A stretch of 64,000 bases of DNA from an uncultured Gammaproteobacteria bacterium (GCA_964552565.1 CAZKGL010000001.1:628816-692815); one strand, 5' to 3'. Positions 10,211 to 22,332 are shown, numbered from the stretch's first letter. Numbers and translations are program-made. Notes: a model not told the origin generated them from the sequence alone.

Positions 10211-10885
10211 TTATTCCTTCTTCTCGCCTTCCCCTGCTGCAGCGCCCTCTTCTTCCTTCTTCTCGGTCAACACCTCGACCTTGCTCACGTCCGTATCGAC
10301 TGCGGCGTCGAGCGCAGCCATTTCCGCTTCCGAGCGCGGCGGCTGGACCGACGCGACGGCAGTCTCTACTGCGGTCTTCACCGTGATGCCTTCCGGAATC
10401 GCGATGTCCGACACGCGGATGACGTCGTCGAACGTTTTCAGGCTGTCGATGGCGACCGCGATGTCGTGGACAAGCGCGTTCGGGAGACACTCGACTTCGA
10501 TTTCTTCCAGCGATTGGACGAGCGTGCCGCCGAGGTCTTTGACCGCCGACGAGGTACCGACGAGGGTCAGCGGGATCTTCGCCTCGATGGTGCGCGAGAG
10601 GTCGACGCGGCGGAAGTCCGCATGCGTGACGAAATCGTTGAGCGGGTTGCGCTGCACCTCGGCGATAAGCACCGGGTGGGTGACGCCGGCGATCTCGAGG
10701 TCGAGCACCGTACTCTCACCGGCCGCGGCGTATGCCTTCAAGAAGGCGTTGCGGTCGATCGTAATGTTCGTCGGCTGGATGCCGAAACCGTACACGACGG
10801 CGGGCACCTTGCCTTCGGCGCGGAGCGCCTCGGTCTTGCGGCCCTGCAATTCGCGGGGCTCTGCGGAAAGCGTGGTATGAGTCAT
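10211..10885 (-). CDS. rplY: 50S ribosomal protein L25/general stress protein Ctc
   Basis: EPRELQGRKTEALRAEGKVPAVVYG N-terminus and the Ctc-type beta-barrel plus acidic C-tail; start trimmed to MTHTTLSAE. Confidence 0.85.
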   Translation of the reverse strand: MTHTTLSAEPRELQGRKTEALRAEGKVPAVVYGFGIQPTNITIDRNAFLKAYAAAGESTVLDLEIAGVTHPVLIAEVQRNPLNDFVTHADFRRVDLSRTIEAKIPLTLVGTSSAVKDLGGTLVQSLEEIEVECLPNALVHDIAVAIDSLKTFDDVIRVSDIAIPEGITVKTAVETAVASVQPPRSEAEMAALDAAVDTDVSKVEVLTEKKEEEGAAAGEGEKKE

Positions 10886-10920
10886 ATCGCGCGCTATTTC
10901 ACAGGAAAACCCGAAACTTG

Positions 10921-11229
10921 TCAATGTTGAGCCCTTTCTTCCCGGCGAAGGCCTTCATGGACCCGCAACACGTCGTCGAGACTCACCCGGTGGCCGTGGG
11001 AAAAACGACGATAATCGTTGGCGCTGCAATCCGTCATGACCCCGACGCTGCGCAGCCGGGTCTCGGTCCGCTCGATCGCCATGACCATCGCCTTGCGGCA
11101 CCCCGCGCACGTCACGTGCACCAATGCCTCCCGCTGCGCGTCACGGATGGTGACCCGCGCGGCGGTGGCGTATTCGGCGCCGCAAAACGGACAGGACAGG
11201 AGCGGCAATCCGGATGCAGGGTTCTCCAT
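10921..11229 (-). CDS. small zinc-ribbon hypothetical protein
   Basis: 102 aa from MENPASG; two Cys pairs, CPFC...CAGC; sits between the ftsW/rodA-type gene and rplY on the same strand. Confidence 0.45.
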   Translation of the reverse strand: MENPASGLPLLSCPFCGAEYATAARVTIRDAQREALVHVTCAGCRKAMVMAIERTETRLRSVGVMTDCSANDYRRFSHGHRVSLDDVLRVHEGLRREERAQH

Positions 11230-11237
11230 AGGTATGC

Positions 11238-12362
11238 TTATAGTACCACGCCCTCGGCGCGACGGCCGGGCGTCACCGTGACCGCGACGCTCTGCGCGAC
11301 GCCGAGCGCGACGGCGGAAAGCAGGAGCGAGCTGCCGCCGTAGCTGACGAACGGCAGCGCGACGCCGGTCGCCGGCAGGAGCGAAAGGTTTGCGCCGATG
11401 TGCACGACCGCCTGCGCCAAGCACAGCGCGAAGACGCCAAGGACAAGGAATGCCGCGAACGTATCACGGGTCCCGCGCGCCGTGGCAAGCAGCCGCATGA
11501 GGAGGAGCGCGACCGCGGCAATGACGACCGTGACGCCGAGGAATCCGAGCTCTTCCGCGATGACGGCAAACACGAAGTCGGACTGCGCCTCCGGAAGGAA
11601 CCTGAGCTGGCTTTGCGAACCCGAGCCGAGGCCGCGGCCGAGGATGCCGCCGGCGCCGATGGCGATCTTCGCCTGCGTGACGTTATAGCCGGTGTCCAGC
11701 GGGTCGCTCGCCGGGTTCATGAAAGTCATGAGACGCTCCTTCTGGTAATCCTCAAAGATGACAAACCAGCCGAGGAGAAACGCGGCGAGCGCGACAAGGA
11801 CGAGGGCGCCGATATGCGTCCACCGCGCCCCGGCGAAGAACACCATCACGAGCCAGATGGCGCCAAGGAGCATGGCGCCGCCGAGGTCGGGCTCAAGCAT
11901 GGCGAGGCCGATCGGGATGAGCGTGATGAGGCCGCTCTTGCCGAAGTCCACCCAACTGAACCGGCGCCGCGCATGCTCGCCAAAATACCGCGCGAGCTCG
12001 GCGATGAGCGCGAGCTTCATGAACTCGATCGGCTGGAACGCGAAGCCGCCGATGACGAACCAACCGGTCGAGCCGTTCAGCGTACGGCCAAACAGGAGCA
12101 CGGCGATGAGCGACAGGACGCCGAGGAAGTACAGGCCGCGGCCGTAGTTGCGGAACAGCTGGTAGTTCGTGCGCGTGACGACGGCGGCGAGCGCCAAGCC
12201 GAGGAGAAGCGCGATTGCCTGCTTGCGGATGAGCGTGAACTCCGCGGCGCCGCGCGAAAGCTCGACCGAATAGATGGCGGAAATGCCGAACGCAAACAAC
12301 ACGAAGGCAGCGGCGATGAGCAGCCAATCCACGCGCTGCAGGTACCGGGCGAGCAGGTTCAT
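11238..12362 (-). CDS. ftsW: SEDS-family peptidoglycan glycosyltransferase (FtsW/RodA)
   Basis: About ten TM segments; conserved SEDS motifs (GSQSQLRFLPEAQSDFVFA, PFVSYGGSSLL). Could equally be rodA; the symbol is tentative. Confidence 0.9.
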   Translation of the reverse strand: MNLLARYLQRVDWLLIAAAFVLFAFGISAIYSVELSRGAAEFTLIRKQAIALLLGLALAAVVTRTNYQLFRNYGRGLYFLGVLSLIAVLLFGRTLNGSTGWFVIGGFAFQPIEFMKLALIAELARYFGEHARRRFSWVDFGKSGLITLIPIGLAMLEPDLGGAMLLGAIWLVMVFFAGARWTHIGALVLVALAAFLLGWFVIFEDYQKERLMTFMNPASDPLDTGYNVTQAKIAIGAGGILGRGLGSGSQSQLRFLPEAQSDFVFAVIAEELGFLGVTVVIAAVALLLMRLLATARGTRDTFAAFLVLGVFALCLAQAVVHIGANLSLLPATGVALPFVSYGGSSLLLSAVALGVAQSVAVTVTPGRRAEGVVL

Positions 12363-12402
12363 AGCTCCCCCACTCTACCGAATGCGCCCCGCCGGTGCCA
12401 GC

Positions 12403-13326
12403 CTAGAAATCTTGGAACTCTTCATTGTCGCGGATATCCGACTGTACCTCGCCCGGAGGCGCCATGTAGGCGTCCTCGTCAAAATAGTTGATGGCGGGGA
12501 TGACTTCGACCGTCCCGTTCGTCGGCACCGCGCCGAACCAATGCACCGTGACGTCGCGCGTCTCGCCGGTCTCAAACCCTGACAGCACGACCTGGTTTAC
12601 CGCCGTGACGACGCCCGAACGCGTCAGGAGCACGACGAACGTGGGCGAGATATAGCTGTACGCCGTGTTGTTCGTGATGGTGAAGGTCGACCGGCCCACG
12701 CTGTCGCTCGCCAGTTCGACGTCGACCGCGTACGTCCCCCCGCTCACGGTAAAGTACTCATGGTCGACGAGGAACTCCGCGGTGTCCGTCACCTCATGGC
12801 GGTCCACGCGCTCCCACACGACGTTGTCGACGACGATGCTGGCACCCGCCGGACGGCTTTCCGCCTCGACGCCGAGCCCGAGGAGGTAGCGCGACTCGCC
12901 CGGCATGAGCGAGCCCTGCGTGACGTCGGTCGTCACGTCGCCGGCGACAAAATAATAGTCGAACGTCGCGTACCACTCGGCGTTCGGGTTCTCGGCGATT
13001 GCATACAGGTCATACGACCCTTGCGCACGCGTCAGCACATGGACGTCTTCGAGGATGATCGGCTCCGCCGCGCGAGCGACCGAAACCTCGCGCGCGACGC
13101 CCACGTTCTGCGCCATGGTGGCGATCTCGCGCGCCTCCTCGAACGATCCCGAAACCACGTACAACACGACGTTCACGAGAAAGAATACAAGGAGCGCGAC
13201 GTCGACCAGTGCCCACGCGAGGTAGCCCGCCGCGACAAACTTCGGTCGCCAGCTGACGATGCGCACGTCGCGCTGGTAGTCCTTCTCGATCGCCGCGTAA
13301 TCCTGCCGCAATTTCTCCTCAGGCAT
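12403..13326 (-). CDS. single-pass membrane hypothetical protein
   Basis: 307 aa from MPEEKLRQDY; one TM helix (AAGYLAWALVDVALLVFFLVNVVLYVV), then a beta-rich ectodomain; divergent from the giant beta-helix gene. Confidence 0.55.
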   Translation of the reverse strand: MPEEKLRQDYAAIEKDYQRDVRIVSWRPKFVAAGYLAWALVDVALLVFFLVNVVLYVVSGSFEEAREIATMAQNVGVAREVSVARAAEPIILEDVHVLTRAQGSYDLYAIAENPNAEWYATFDYYFVAGDVTTDVTQGSLMPGESRYLLGLGVEAESRPAGASIVVDNVVWERVDRHEVTDTAEFLVDHEYFTVSGGTYAVDVELASDSVGRSTFTITNNTAYSYISPTFVVLLTRSGVVTAVNQVVLSGFETGETRDVTVHWFGAVPTNGTVEVIPAINYFDEDAYMAPPGEVQSDIRDNEEFQDF

Positions 13327-13381
13327 AGATGGGGAAAGTATAGCACGAACGCTTGTTTGGCGACGCCGCGCGTGGTACTCT

Positions 13382-16300
13382 ATGGGTATGTTTTCGTCCC
13401 GACCTCTCATGGCGCGCCAGTTTTTCAGTCGCCCCGGTTTTCTTTTGCGTCTCTGCATGGTTGCCCTGCTGTGTACGGCGGGCATCCTGTTTTTTTACGG
13501 CAGTGCGGCGGCGGCGACGTATTACGTCGCGACGACCGGCAACAACAGCAACGACGGGTCCTCGGGTTCGCCGTGGCTGACGCTCCAACACGCGGAGACG
13601 ACCGCGACGGATGGCGACACCATCCACGTCGCGGCCGGCACGTACACGGAAAACGACGCGACCTACGGCGGCTGGGCGACGAGCAAGGCGATTTCATGGA
13701 TCGCGGACGGCGCGGTGACCGTCCGAAGCACCGGCACGGTGCGCGTCGCGCAAGTCCGCGGCGCGACGTCCGCGACGTCGTTCAACGGCTTCACGTTCGA
13801 TGCGCAGGGTACTGATAGCTATGCGGTCTTCATCGACGGCGTCGCGAACAAGACGTTCACGAACTGTACGTTCAGCGGCGCGACCTCGATGGCGGTCAAC
13901 GTCAACGGCACGAGCATCACCATCAACACCTCGACGTTCACCGTCACCGCCGGCCGCGCCTTCCGCGCGACGAACTTCAACGGCATCAGCATGGACGGCA
14001 ATACGTTCAGTATCAGCGGCACGGCGACGAAGCTCTTCGACACGACCGGCACGGGCGGCACGCTGTCGATGACGAACAGCACCATCACCTCCACGATGGC
14101 CGCCGGCAGCGCCATCTTCCACCCGAGCGTCGCGGGCACCTACACCATCACCGGCAACACGATCACGAACACCGGGCGCGTCTTTTTTGCAAGCGCGGCG
14201 ACGATTACCGCGACCTTCAGCAACAACGTCATGAGTTCCTCCCGCGTCGGCAGCGAGGCCATGATCGAGATCAGCATCAGCGGGACGTATACGATTTCCG
14301 GCAACACCGGGACGAACGCCGGGAAGATCCTCCTCGCCACCGTGGGCACGGGGACGATCAGTTATACCAACAACAACCTCACCAACACGCTCGTCGCCAG
14401 CGCGAACTACGTCGACTTTTCCACGGGGACATGGACGATCACCGCGACCGGCAACACGTTTACGTCCGCGACCGCGACCGGCACGGGCAACGTGTTCAAC
14501 GTCGCCAACCAGGCCTCGCCGAACATCAGCAGTAATACCATCGACACCGCGTCGACCGACGCCCTGTCGCACATCACCATCTCCTCCACCGGTACCGCCG
14601 GCGGCACGTTACAGGTCACCAATAACACCATGCGCAGCCGCAGCACGAGCGGCTACGTCATTTCCATCGGCAGCGAGGGGTCCACGGCCGGCGACGGCAT
14701 GCTGGACGGCGGCACGGTGGAAGGCAACACGATCTACGGCGCCATCTACTACGACCCCACGGCGCTCACCGCATCGACGCATTCCATCTTTTATTCGTAC
14801 AACAAGAACGCGAACATCCGCTACAACACCGTCATCGGCGGCGGCTATGGCGTCGTCATCAAAGGCGGCGGCCTCACGTGGACGGCGGGCGGCGTGTATT
14901 ACAACAAGTTCATCAACTGTATCGGCGTCTCCCCCGTCCGCATCAAGGGCGTAAAAGACCTCAACGTCCACAACAACACCATCTACGCCGACCCGGCCCT
15001 GAGCGACGCGTACAACGCATTCAACATTACCGAAAACGGCGCCAGCGAAACCTCAACCGGCACGGTCCTCAAAAACAACCTGGTCTCCCATGCCGGAACG
15101 GCGACGATCATCAGCATCGACGCCGGTTCACTGACCGGCCTCGTGTCCAACTATAACCTGTTCTACGACAGCACCGGCGGCGACCTCGCGTCCACCCCGA
15201 CGAACTACACGTTCGCCGCATGGCAGGCGCTCGGCTACGACGCGAACTCGGTCACCAGCGCCCCATCGTTCACCGACGCTGCGGCGTACGACTTCACGCT
15301 GGCCGTCGGGTCGCCTGCCATCAACGCCGGTACGGCCCTCGGCTATACGCGCGACTTCGCCGGCAACACCGTCCCCGTCGGCGTGACGGACATCGGCGCG
15401 TACGAAGTGCAGGACGCGACCGCGCCGACCGGCGGCGCCTTCACCATCAACAGCGGCGCGAGCTACACCGGCTCGACGTCCGTCACGCTCACCATTACCT
15501 GCCCCACCGACCCGTCGACGCCGGTACAGATGGCGTACGGCAACAGCGCCACCCCGACGAACTGGACGAACTGCGCGGCGTCACAGGCGCACACCCTTGC
15601 CGCGGGCGACGGCGCAAAAACGGTCTCCGTCCGGTTTAAGGACAGCATCGGCAATACGACGAGCGACCTGACGCAATCGATCACGCTCGACACCACCGCG
15701 CCGTCCGGCGTGGGCGCGCCGACGTTCGGTACCATCACCGCGTCGTCCATCGTCGTCAACAAGCCCGCGGCCGTCACGGAAGCGGGTTCGGGCGTGTACC
15801 AGTGGCAAGCGCGCCGCAACAGCACGACCGCGCTCGACCTCACCGCGGTCGGGACCGGGTCGGTGACCGACGCATCGCTGTCCGAAAACACGCAGTACAC
15901 CTACGACGTCCGCTTCAACGACACCGTCGGCAACCTCGGCAGCTACGGCACGTCTGCGCAGAAGTACACGCTCGCCGCGGCCCCGACGAACCTCGCGGTG
16001 TCGACGTCGAGCAAAATCACGCTGACCCTCACCGTCGACAGTTTCCCGAACGACACCTCGGGCTCTTCGGGGTATTACTTTTCGCGGTCCGGCGCGAACT
16101 CGGGATGGATCCAGACGAACACCTGGCAGGACACCGGCCTCGGCTGCGGCGTGTCGAACGTCTACTCCGTCAAATATCGGAACGGCGACGGCACGGAGAC
16201 CGCTACCATCTCGCTCACCGCGAGCACGAACGCGTGCAGCAGCACCGCGCACATCAACCCGATCACCTACGCCATCACCGTGACGTCGCCGGCCGAGGGT

Positions 16301-17116
16301 ACGGAGCTCGACTGGCATGACCCGTTTACGATCACGTGGGAATCCGGCGGGACGGGATCGTTCGCAAACGTCGACCTCTGGTACTCCACCGACGGGCTGA
16401 CGTATGCGCTCATCGCCGACAACACGCAAAACGACGGCGTCTACGAGTGGATCCTCCCCCGCATCACCGCGGAGAACGTCACCGTCAAGGCCGAAGCGAC
16501 CGACCTCGTCTCCGTCATCACGTCGCGTATCTCCCCCACATTCCGCATTACCGGGACGGACGCGTCGTCTGGGACATCCGACGGCAGCTCCTCCGGCAGT
16601 ACGACCGCGTTCGGCATCTCCCCGCTCGACGGATCGCTTGAGGCGCTGACGCCGCTCTCCCCCGGCGCGTACTTCCGCGGCGCCGACTACGACACCGTGT
16701 ATTACCTTACGGACGCCGGCGTGCGCCGCCCGTTCATGAACGAGACGACGTACTTTACGTGGGAAGACGACTTCGACGCCGTCGTCACCGTGACGAATGC
16801 GACGCTCGCCGCTTACCCGCTCGGCGCGCCCATGTTGCCGCAACCCGGGACCGTCCTCATCAAGATCATGTCCGACCCGCGCGTCTACGTCGTCGAGGCC
16901 GACCCGGCGGACGACACCAAGGCCGTCATTCGGACCATTCCCTCTGAGGACGTCGCGACCGCGCTGTTCGGCGCCGACTGGGCGGACTACGTCATCGACC
17001 TCCCGCCGACCCTGTTCGGACGGTTTACGAAGGGTCCGGACGTCGAAAACACGGACCTCCAGGAGGCTGGGCTCTTGAAGCGCCGGGCGGACCTGGCCGC
17101 CCAGGGGACCTGGTAG
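13382..17116 (+). CDS. giant secreted/surface protein with right-handed parallel beta-helix repeats
   Basis: 1244 aa; signal-peptide-like N-terminus; YYVATTGNNSNDGSSGSPWLTLQHA...DGDTIHVAAGTY pectate-lyase-fold start; dozens of NxTxTxxG/T-rich repeats; Ig/FN3-like Thr/Ser-rich C-terminal region. The start could be any of M1, M3 or M10. Confidence 0.8.
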   Translation: MGMFSSRPLMARQFFSRPGFLLRLCMVALLCTAGILFFYGSAAAATYYVATTGNNSNDGSSGSPWLTLQHAETTATDGDTIHVAAGTYTENDATYGGWATSKAISWIADGAVTVRSTGTVRVAQVRGATSATSFNGFTFDAQGTDSYAVFIDGVANKTFTNCTFSGATSMAVNVNGTSITINTSTFTVTAGRAFRATNFNGISMDGNTFSISGTATKLFDTTGTGGTLSMTNSTITSTMAAGSAIFHPSVAGTYTITGNTITNTGRVFFASAATITATFSNNVMSSSRVGSEAMIEISISGTYTISGNTGTNAGKILLATVGTGTISYTNNNLTNTLVASANYVDFSTGTWTITATGNTFTSATATGTGNVFNVANQASPNISSNTIDTASTDALSHITISSTGTAGGTLQVTNNTMRSRSTSGYVISIGSEGSTAGDGMLDGGTVEGNTIYGAIYYDPTALTASTHSIFYSYNKNANIRYNTVIGGGYGVVIKGGGLTWTAGGVYYNKFINCIGVSPVRIKGVKDLNVHNNTIYADPALSDAYNAFNITENGASETSTGTVLKNNLVSHAGTATIISIDAGSLTGLVSNYNLFYDSTGGDLASTPTNYTFAAWQALGYDANSVTSAPSFTDAAAYDFTLAVGSPAINAGTALGYTRDFAGNTVPVGVTDIGAYEVQDATAPTGGAFTINSGASYTGSTSVTLTITCPTDPSTPVQMAYGNSATPTNWTNCAASQAHTLAAGDGAKTVSVRFKDSIGNTTSDLTQSITLDTTAPSGVGAPTFGTITASSIVVNKPAAVTEAGSGVYQWQARRNSTTALDLTAVGTGSVTDASLSENTQYTYDVRFNDTVGNLGSYGTSAQKYTLAAAPTNLAVSTSSKITLTLTVDSFPNDTSGSSGYYFSRSGANSGWIQTNTWQDTGLGCGVSNVYSVKYRNGDGTETATISLTASTNACSSTAHINPITYAITVTSPAEGTELDWHDPFTITWESGGTGSFANVDLWYSTDGLTYALIADNTQNDGVYEWILPRITAENVTVKAEATDLVSVITSRISPTFRITGTDASSGTSDGSSSGSTTAFGISPLDGSLEALTPLSPGAYFRGADYDTVYYLTDAGVRRPFMNETTYFTWEDDFDAVVTVTNATLAAYPLGAPMLPQPGTVLIKIMSDPRVYVVEADPADDTKAVIRTIPSEDVATALFGADWADYVIDLPPTLFGRFTKGPDVENTDLQEAGLLKRRADLAAQGTW

Positions 17117-17155
17117 CGGAAGTTCCGGCCGCGTGGTACACTTCTCTCGTCCTAA

Positions 17156-19165
<2,010 letters not shown>

Positions 19166-19211
19166 CCATCCACTTGCCAAAAACCGGGGAATGGCCTATT
19201 CTTGAGCCGTT

Positions 19212-19230
19212 CCCCCGCAGGGGGTTTTTA
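19212..19230 (+). terminator. rho-independent terminator after gyrB
   Basis: CCCCCGCAGGGGG hairpin followed by TTTTT, 10 nt before the secE start. Confidence 0.5.
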
Positions 19231-19239
19231 AATATCGTT

Positions 19240-19446
19240 ATGGCAACGCTCGCGAACAATGCAGTCGTGAACTACTTCCGCTCCAGCTATGAAGAGCTGA
19301 AGAAGGTCACCTGGCCCTCGAAGGCCGCCACGGTCCGCTACTCCATCGCGGTCATCGTGATGTGCGCCGTCGTCGCCGCCTACTTCGGCGGGATCGACTG
19401 GCTCCTCAACAAAGGCCTCGAAGCCTTGATCACCGTCACGTCCTAA
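19240..19446 (+). CDS. secE: preprotein translocase subunit SecE
   Basis: 69 aa; YFRSSYEELKKVTWPSK then a single TM helix; directly precedes nusG (conserved secE-nusG pair). Start trimmed to MATLANN. Confidence 0.8.
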   Translation: MATLANNAVVNYFRSSYEELKKVTWPSKAATVRYSIAVIVMCAVVAAYFGGIDWLLNKGLEALITVTS

Positions 19447-19448
19447 GT

Positions 19449-19994
19449 ATGGCAAAGCAAACCGCGAATTACGGCCGCCGCTGGTACGCCATCCACACCT
19501 ACTCGGGGTACGAGGAGAACGTCGCAGACGCGCTCAAGCAGCGCATCGAGACGATGGACATGGGCGAGAAGATCTTCGCCATCCTCGTGCCGAAGGAGAA
19601 GAAGATCAAGATTAAGAACGGCAAGCGCCGCGTCACGGAAGAGAAAATCTTCCCGGGGTACGTGCTCGTGGAGATGATCGTCACCGACGACTCGTGGTAC
19701 GTCGTGCGCAACACGCCGAACGTCACGGGCTTCATCGGCACCGGCACCACGCCGACCCCGATTGCGCAAGAAGAGATCGACGCCCTCATGAAGCGCGTCG
19801 GCGTCGCGGAGCCGGAGTTCACGGTCGACGTCGGCAAGGGCGACCCGGTCACCATCACCGACGGTCCATTCAAGGGCCAGCAAGGCAAGGTGGACGGGGT
19901 CGACGAGGCCCGCGGGAAGATCCGCGTCCTTGTCTCCATGTTCGGCCGCGAAACGCCGCTGGAACTCGATTTCCTCCAAGTCAAAAAAGTGTAA
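19449..19994 (+). CDS. nusG: transcription termination/antitermination factor NusG
   Basis: WYAIHTYSGYEENV NGN domain and the KOW motif (GPFKGQQGKVDGVDEARGKIRVLVSMFGR). Start trimmed to MAKQTANYG. Confidence 0.95.
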   Translation: MAKQTANYGRRWYAIHTYSGYEENVADALKQRIETMDMGEKIFAILVPKEKKIKIKNGKRRVTEEKIFPGYVLVEMIVTDDSWYVVRNTPNVTGFIGTGTTPTPIAQEEIDALMKRVGVAEPEFTVDVGKGDPVTITDGPFKGQQGKVDGVDEARGKIRVLVSMFGRETPLELDFLQVKKV

Positions 19995-19998
19995 GGCC

Positions 19999-20036
19999 GG
20001 AGAACTCCGCTCGAAAGGGCGGAGTTCTTCGTCTGG
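19999..20036 (+). terminator. hairpin terminator after nusG
   Basis: GGAGAACTCCGC-tcgaaagg-GCGGAGTTCT stem-loop, then T-rich TCGTCT. Confidence 0.45.
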
Positions 20037-20055
20037 ATGCCGCCGCCTTCTCTCG

Positions 20056-20102
20056 TTGACGCTCCGGAAGTCGTAAAGTAAACTGAAGATGAACTTCAGT
20101 TT
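20056..20102 (+). promoter_or_regulatory. sigma70-like promoter overlapping a 23-bp palindromic operator, upstream of the toxin-antitoxin pair
   Basis: TTGACG, 17-nt spacer, TAAACT; perfect inverted repeat AAACTGAAG-ATGA-ACTTCAGTTT (20080-20102) overlapping the -10 and +1, typical of an antitoxin autoregulation site. Confidence 0.5.
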
Positions 20103-20106
20103 ACCT

Positions 20107-20328
20107 ATGGACCAGATCATCAGCCTCAAAGAGTTACGGCAAGATGTCGCTTCCTATGCGAAGAAAATCAGCAAAGGCGATTCTTTTATTGTCATGAAGC
20201 GCTCAAAGCCGATCTTCCGCATCGCTCCCGTAGAAGAAGAGGGCTGGGAAACCGTCATCGACTGCACAACATTTTCCAAAGGCGGCATCCCCGCGAACAA
20301 GCTCTTGAAGATCCTGGCGTCACTGTAG
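20107..20328 (+). CDS. type II antitoxin, Phd/YefM family
   Basis: MDQIISLKELRQDVASYAKKISKGDSFIVMKRSKPIFRIAP matches the Phd/YefM fold signature; 2 nt upstream of a RelE/ParE toxin gene; lower GC than the flanks. Confidence 0.75.
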   Translation: MDQIISLKELRQDVASYAKKISKGDSFIVMKRSKPIFRIAPVEEEGWETVIDCTTFSKGGIPANKLLKILASL

Positions 20329-20330
20329 GT

Positions 20331-20579
20331 ATGGTCGACAAGATCCGAAAACTCTTGCGACAGCTGTCCGTACGCGAACAACGTCAGTTGGCGCACGCAA
20401 TTCGCCTCGTCGCGTCGAACGACTTCCGCGGGCTTGACGTGAAAAAACTCAAAGGAAGAGACGACGTTTTCCGTGTCCGTAAAGGAAAATTCCGTATCAT
20501 TTTCCGAAAAATTGAAGATGCAGACCCAATGATTATCGCGATCGAGCGCCGGTCGGACACGACATACAACACTCCGTAA
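20331..20579 (+). CDS. type II toxin, RelE/ParE family
   Basis: FRVRKGKFRIIFRKIEDADPMIIAIERRSD is typical of the RelE/ParE C-terminal region; lower-GC patch. Confidence 0.8.
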   Translation: MVDKIRKLLRQLSVREQRQLAHAIRLVASNDFRGLDVKKLKGRDDVFRVRKGKFRIIFRKIEDADPMIIAIERRSDTTYNTP

Positions 20580-20627
20580 CCACAGGAGGAACGGGCCTCG
20601 CTTCTCCGAAGGCAGCGTTTTGCGCGC

Positions 20628-21563
20628 CTACTCCTGCAGCGATGGTCCATCGATTTGCGCCGTATGTCTCCACTGGCCGCGAATGATGGCGTGAATGACC
20701 CCCATCAGGAGAATAGCGCCGAGCCATTGGGTGGGCGCAAGGCGTTCATGCAAGAAGACGAAGCCAAAGATGGCAGCAGAAAGTGGCCAGGTGAGCTCGA
20801 GAATCGTCGACCGTGACGCAAGGACGCGTTTGAGACCGAAGTAGTAGAGTGCGAGCGCCAGCATTCCCGTCGAGACGGTGATGCATGCAATAGAGAGGAA
20901 GTCGCTTGGTGTTACCGCGACGATTTGACTGCCATTCTGCATGAGGAGGGTGATGATGAGAGAGAACACCACGGTAAAGAGGAATCGCAACGTAGTGACG
21001 TGGAGTGATGACGTATCGTGGAGCGTGTATTTGGAGAGCGCCGTCGACGCGCCCCAACACGCCGCCGCACCAATGGCGAACAGCGCAGCGACGGCCGTCC
21101 CCTGCCCGCTTTCCAGACTTACCGCTCCATTCGGAAACGACAGGAGGTATGTGGCGCCCATGGCGAGAGCGGCAAGGCCGGCGTCATGCGGGGTAATCTT
21201 TTCGCGGAGGAAGACCGCAGCGGCGGTAATGGCAAACAGCGGCTGGAGTTGCTGTAAGAGCACCACGACCGAGTAGGACATGTAGTGCACTTGGGCGAGC
21301 GCGGCCGTGTAAAAGATCGTTCCGAGTGTTCCCGACAGCAGCGACACAAGGATGATCGTCATCCATTGTCTACGATTGAGCTGTCGAAACTTCCTCCAGG
21401 CCGGGCTCGTCACTGCCAGCAGGATGACGAGTCCGAACGCATGTTCCCAAAAAACGATGACCGTCGGCGGGAGATGATAAAGGTGACGTCGAAGGAGTCC
21501 GTCGAAACTCCATAAAATTGCCGCACAAATAATCGCAAACGAACCGAGTTTCCGGTATTGCAT
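20628..21563 (-). CDS. EamA/DMT-family transporter
   Basis: 311 aa, ten TM helices in two EamA-like halves; inserted between nusG and rplK. Confidence 0.85.
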   Translation of the reverse strand: MQYRKLGSFAIICAAILWSFDGLLRRHLYHLPPTVIVFWEHAFGLVILLAVTSPAWRKFRQLNRRQWMTIILVSLLSGTLGTIFYTAALAQVHYMSYSVVVLLQQLQPLFAITAAAVFLREKITPHDAGLAALAMGATYLLSFPNGAVSLESGQGTAVAALFAIGAAACWGASTALSKYTLHDTSSLHVTTLRFLFTVVFSLIITLLMQNGSQIVAVTPSDFLSIACITVSTGMLALALYYFGLKRVLASRSTILELTWPLSAAIFGFVFLHERLAPTQWLGAILLMGVIHAIIRGQWRHTAQIDGPSLQE

Positions 21564-21906
21564 AGGCTCTTTCTTGCTGCTCTCGCAGCACCCCGCCTCA
21601 AGACGAGGTCCCGACTATACGGTCGGCTCGGGAATTCCACCCGGTCCTCCGTGGCGAACCACGGTCGAAGGCTATCACTTCCGATTGGCGAATCGCACGC
21701 CACCCAAGAGTTAAAAAGTCACGCCCATAGACTACCACAGAGACCAAAAATGAACGAAAAGCTTAATTTTCGGTTGAGAGGTGATATTGGGCTCATCTAT
21801 TTGACTTTTTCCGCCAATCCTGGCACTCTTTGGCCACTAAATAACGAGGTGGTTGCTCGCTCGATGCCCCAGGGCAAGACGGGAGTCCACTATAAAAAGC
21901 ACTCGT

Positions 21907-22332
21907 ATGGCAAAGCCGGTAAAGGCAGTCATCAAGGTCCAGGCGATGGGTGGCGCGGCAACCGCAGCGCCGCCGCTCGGCCCGGTCCTCGGTCAGCACG
22001 GCGTCAACATCCAGCAGTTCGTCCAGCAGTTCAACGCGGCCACGCAGGACCGCCGCGGCGAAACGGTCCCGGCGATCCTCACGATTTACGAAGACCGCTC
22101 GTTCGACTTCATCCTGAAGACCGCGCCGGCATCTGATATGATTAAGAAGGCGCTCGGCATCGAGCGCGGCAGCGGCAAGCCGAACACGGAGAAGAAAGGC
22201 AAGCTCTCGAAGGCCAAACTCCGCGAGATCGCCGAGAAGAAACTCCCGGACCTCAACACGAAGGACGTGGAAGCCGCAATGAAGATCATCGCGGGTACCT
22301 GCCGCCAGATGGGCGTTGACGTAGAGGCCTAA
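21907..22332 (+). CDS. rplK: 50S ribosomal protein L11
   Basis: [38 protein letters not shown] is canonical L11; start trimmed to MAKPVK. Confidence 0.95.
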   Translation: MAKPVKAVIKVQAMGGAATAAPPLGPVLGQHGVNIQQFVQQFNAATQDRRGETVPAILTIYEDRSFDFILKTAPASDMIKKALGIERGSGKPNTEKKGKLSKAKLREIAEKKLPDLNTKDVEAAMKIIAGTCRQMGVDVEA

